From positions 1,696,001 through 1,760,000 of the forward strand of contig CBDCDS010000003.1 in NCBI GenBank assembly GCA_965215365.1: DNA of 64,000 bases. The letters are read 5' to 3'. Shown here piece after piece: positions 61,150-64,000 of the stretch (the first letter of the stretch is position 1; each line of letters begins with the position of its first letter). This DNA is from Gammaproteobacteria bacterium. GTDB taxonomy: Bacteria; Pseudomonadota; Gammaproteobacteria; Eutrophobiales; Eutrophobiaceae. The notes below the pieces were generated by a model. It worked only from the letters and a program-made list of their open reading frames with translations. It was not told the origin of the DNA and made no database searches. A program made the position numbers and the translations under genes.

Positions 61150-64000
61150 TCAACCCACCCAGGCCCTGGCGTTGTGGAACATCCGCATCCAGGGGCTGTC
61201 GGGGCCGGGATGGGGGTGGGCGACCCAGGACAGCTGTTGGGTCAGGAAGACCCGTTCCGGGTGTGGCATGAGAATGGTGAAACGGCCGTCGGCGCTGGTG
61301 AACCCGGTGAGACCGCCGGGGGAACCGTTGGGGTTGCCGGGGTAGGTTTCGGTGACTGCGCCATGGTTGTCAACGAAGCGCATCACCGCGCCGGCCAGGG
61401 TTGCCGGGTCGGGCTGCACAGCCCCTGCGACGGCAACCCGGCCTTCTCCGTGCGCCACCACGATGGGTAGTCTGGCGCCGCTCATATCGCGGAAGAACAG
61501 GGAAGGGGAGTCCAGGATTTCCACCATGACTACCCGGGATTCAAACTGCTCGGAGCGGTTGCGGACAAACGCCGGCCAGTGCGCGGCGCCGGGGATTATG
61601 GCACGTAGGCGCGTCAGCATCTGGCAGCCATTGCAGACTCCCAGGCCGAAGCTGTCGGGGCGTTGAAAGAAACGTTCGAACTCGTCTCGCAACCGTTCGT
61701 TGTAGAGAATTGAACCGGCCCAGCCGCCCCCGGCGCCGAGTACATCGCCGTAGGAAAATCCGCCGCAGGCCACCAGGCCGGTCAGTGGCTGCAGCGTTGC
61801 GGCGCCGGTGATGAGGTCGTGCATGTTGATATCAATGCAATCGAAACCGGCGCGGTCGAACGCTGCGGCCATTTCCACCTGGCCGTTCACGCCCTGTTCA
61901 CGCAGGATGCCGAGCGCAGGTCTGGTGCGGTGCCGCGCTGGCGTTGCAGTCTTGCCCCAAACTGTCGCGGAAAACCTGGTTTTGGAAAATCCGCCGGCAG
62001 TGGCCGGCGCCAGCTCTGCCGCAGCCATCGTTATGCCGGACGCTGTCGGTGCCGGCTGCGGCTGTTGTGCAGCCTGTTCCCGGCTGGTCGGCATGATTGA
62101 CAATCCGGGGTCGTGCTCGTCCTGTAACCCGGCAAACTCTTCATCCGCACAGTCGGGATTGTCCCGCAAGCGTTGCAGGTGGTAGCTGGTGAGTGACCAG
62201 AGCCGGTGCAGTTCACTCAATCTGGCGGAATAGCTCAGCTGCCCCAGGTGTTTGACCGTCAACTCCCTGTTTTCACTGGGTTGGGCAACGGTGCTCAGGC
62301 TGGCGGCCGGCAGGCCGGATTGCAGCAGCGTCTTTCGCACCCGCTGCAGGTGTGCCGCGCGCACTTGCAGCACGAGGCCGGGTTCTTCGTTGAACAGAAA
62401 GGCCGTTAAGTCCGCATCTTCAACTTCAATGTCCAGCCCGCAACGTCCGGCCAACGCCATTTCACACAAGGTGACGAACACGCCGCCATCGGAACGATCG
62501 TGACAGGCCAGGATATAGCCGGTTTCGTTCAGCAGCTGCATGCCGTTAAAACAGGCTGCCAACAGCACTGGGTTATCCAGGTCGGGAGTGACTGTGTCGG
62601 TGCGCGCGGTGACTTGCGCCAGCGCCGAACCGCCCAGACGGTTTTGTCCCAGACCCAGGTCGATCAGCAGCAGCCGGGTGTCTGTGTCCCGCTGCAACTG
62701 CGGCGTCAGGGTTTTGCCTACATCTGCAACAGGCGCGTAGGCGGTGATAGTCAATGACAGCGGTGCGCTGACCCGTTGTTGCTTGTTATCTTGCGTCCAG
62801 GCCACGCTCATGGACATGGAATCCTTGCCTACCGGAATGGGGATGCGCAACTGTTGCGCCAGCGTCGAGACCGCGGCCACGGTCGCATACAATGCCGCCT
62901 GCTCGCTCGGGTCATTGGCTGCGGCCATCCAGTTGGCAGACAGGGCCAGTTCCTCCAGGCGCAGGATGCGGGTGCCGCACAGGTTGGTCACGGCTTCCGC
63001 CACGGCCAGCCGTGCGGAGGCCGGCGCATTGTGGACGGCCACAGCTGGACGCTCGCCTAACGCCATAGCCTCGCCGCTACAGGCGCCGAAGCCGGCGGCG
63101 GTGACTGCGCAGTCCGCAACCGGAGTCTGCCAGGGGCCGACCATCTGGTCGCGCGTCACCAGACCGGAGACACTGCGGTCGCCGATGGTGATCAGGAAGC
63201 GCTTATCTGCCACGGCGGGCAGTTGCAGCACCCGGGCGATGACCTCATGCAGCGCGCTGTCTGATGCTGGCGTTGCGCTGGCAATCCGGGCTGAAGCAGC
63301 TGTCAGACTCGACCAATCGGCGGTGCCGGCCAGCGCCGGTGACGTTTCCCGTCGGTCAGGTCGGGCCGCGGTGTTCGTGTCGCCTGCTCCCGTGTAGAGC
63401 TCCACCCGGAACGATAACCCTGGAGTTTTGCCGAGTAGCAGATCCAGCGGCACATCCATCGGTGTCGTGCCGTTGTCTCGGTCGATAACCAGCAGTTGTC
63501 CGCTGTCATTGGTCTCACCAATCACCGCGCAGGGCGCCCGCTCCCGTTCACACAGGGCCATAAAGCGTGGCACCGCCGCCGCCGGCAGGGCCAGCACGTA
63601 GCGTTCCTGTGCTTCATTGCACCACAGTTCCATGGGGGACAGGCTGCGGTCGGCGCTGGGCAGCGCGCGCAGGTCGATGCGGGCGCCGATGCGTCCCTGA
63701 TGCACCAGTTCCGGCAGGGCATTGGACAGGCCGCCGGCGCCCACATCGTGGATGGACAGTATCGGGTTGGCCGCGCCCAGCGCCCAGCACTGATCGATGA
63801 CTTCCTGGCAGCGGCGCTGTATTTCTGCATTATCCCGTTGCACCGAGGCGAAATCCAGTTCCTCGCTGCTGGCGCCCGCGGTCATGGAGGACGCGGCGCC
63901 GCCGCCCAGGCCGATGAGCATGGCCGGCCCACCCAGTGCCAGGATACTGCAACCTGCCGTGAGCGCCTGTTTGTGGATGTGCGGCGGCCGCACCACGCCA
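61150..64000 (-). CDS. purL: Phosphoribosylformylglycinamidine synthase (large type; 5' end outside the window)
   Basis: IGLGGGAASS, IHDVGAGGLSNA, IPVGKDSMSM, HDRSDGG, REQGVNG, GGFSYGD, GVCNGCQ, MPHPER. Confidence 0.97.
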   Translation of the reverse strand, partial: GVVRPPHIHKQALTAGCSILALGGPAMLIGLGGGAASSMTAGASSEELDFASVQRDNAEIQRRCQEVIDQCWALGAANPILSIHDVGAGGLSNALPELVHQGRIGARIDLRALPSADRSLSPMELWCNEAQERYVLALPAAAVPRFMALCERERAPCAVIGETNDSGQLLVIDRDNGTTPMDVPLDLLLGKTPGLSFRVELYTGAGDTNTAARPDRRETSPALAGTADWSSLTAASARIASATPASDSALHEVIARVLQLPAVADKRFLITIGDRSVSGLVTRDQMVGPWQTPVADCAVTAAGFGACSGEAMALGERPAVAVHNAPASARLAVAEAVTNLCGTRILRLEELALSANWMAAANDPSEQAALYATVAAVSTLAQQLRIPIPVGKDSMSMSVAWTQDNKQQRVSAPLSLTITAYAPVADVGKTLTPQLQRDTDTRLLLIDLGLGQNRLGGSALAQVTARTDTVTPDLDNPVLLAACFNGMQLLNETGYILACHDRSDGGVFVTLCEMALAGRCGLDIEVEDADLTAFLFNEEPGLVLQVRAAHLQRVRKTLLQSGLPAASLSTVAQPSENRELTVKHLGQLSYSARLSELHRLWSLTSYHLQRLRDNPDCADEEFAGLQDEHDPGLSIMPTSREQAAQQPQPAPTASGITMAAAELAPATAGGFSKTRFSATVWGKTATPARHRTRPALGILREQGVNGQVEMAAAFDRAGFDCIDINMHDLITGAATLQPLTGLVACGGFSYGDVLGAGGGWAGSILYNERLRDEFERFFQRPDSFGLGVCNGCQMLTRLRAIIPGAAHWPAFVRNRSEQFESRVVMVEILDSPSLFFRDMSGARLPIVVAHGEGRVAVAGAVQPDPATLAGAVMRFVDNHGAVTETYPGNPNGSPGGLTGFTSADGRFTILMPHPERVFLTQQLSWVAHPHPGPDSPWMRMFHNARAWVG

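Overview
A GC-rich (about 60%) gammaproteobacterial chromosomal segment. Calx-beta surface proteins, many toxin-antitoxin (TA) and restriction-modification (R-M) genes, FO synthase and short coiled-coil proteins suggest a host-associated bacterium such as a marine-sponge symbiont (inference only). The housekeeping backbone is mazG, ispA, xseB, parE, lrp, shc, fbiC-aroC, tldD, hom-thrC-recJ-prfB-lysS, argG, aceF-aceE and a partial purL. Accessory modules between these genes are a rubrerythrin/Fe-S oxidoreductase/DUF3501 operon, an EGKCG-repeat RiPP (ribosomally made, modified peptide) cluster (hvfABC-like), an LLM/FAH/M20 catabolic trio, a PstI/BsuBI-type R-M pair, and HicAB, VapBC and FitAB TA loci. 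The most notable observations are: (1) an apparently intact IS66 with terminal inverted repeats (TIRs) and an 8-bp target duplication that carries a DNA adenine methyltransferase overlapping its transposase, nested in a deleted IS481; (2) a modular multi-hairpin MITE-like repeat, about 13 copies, whose terminal hairpins also occur alone and often sit at the edges of accessory cassettes; (3) many 'hollowed-out' genes that keep both ends but have lost their cores; (4) a poly-C tract that puts a secreted protein's signal peptide out of frame. No rRNA, tRNA or CRISPR array was seen. All family assignments come from motif recognition, not database searches.
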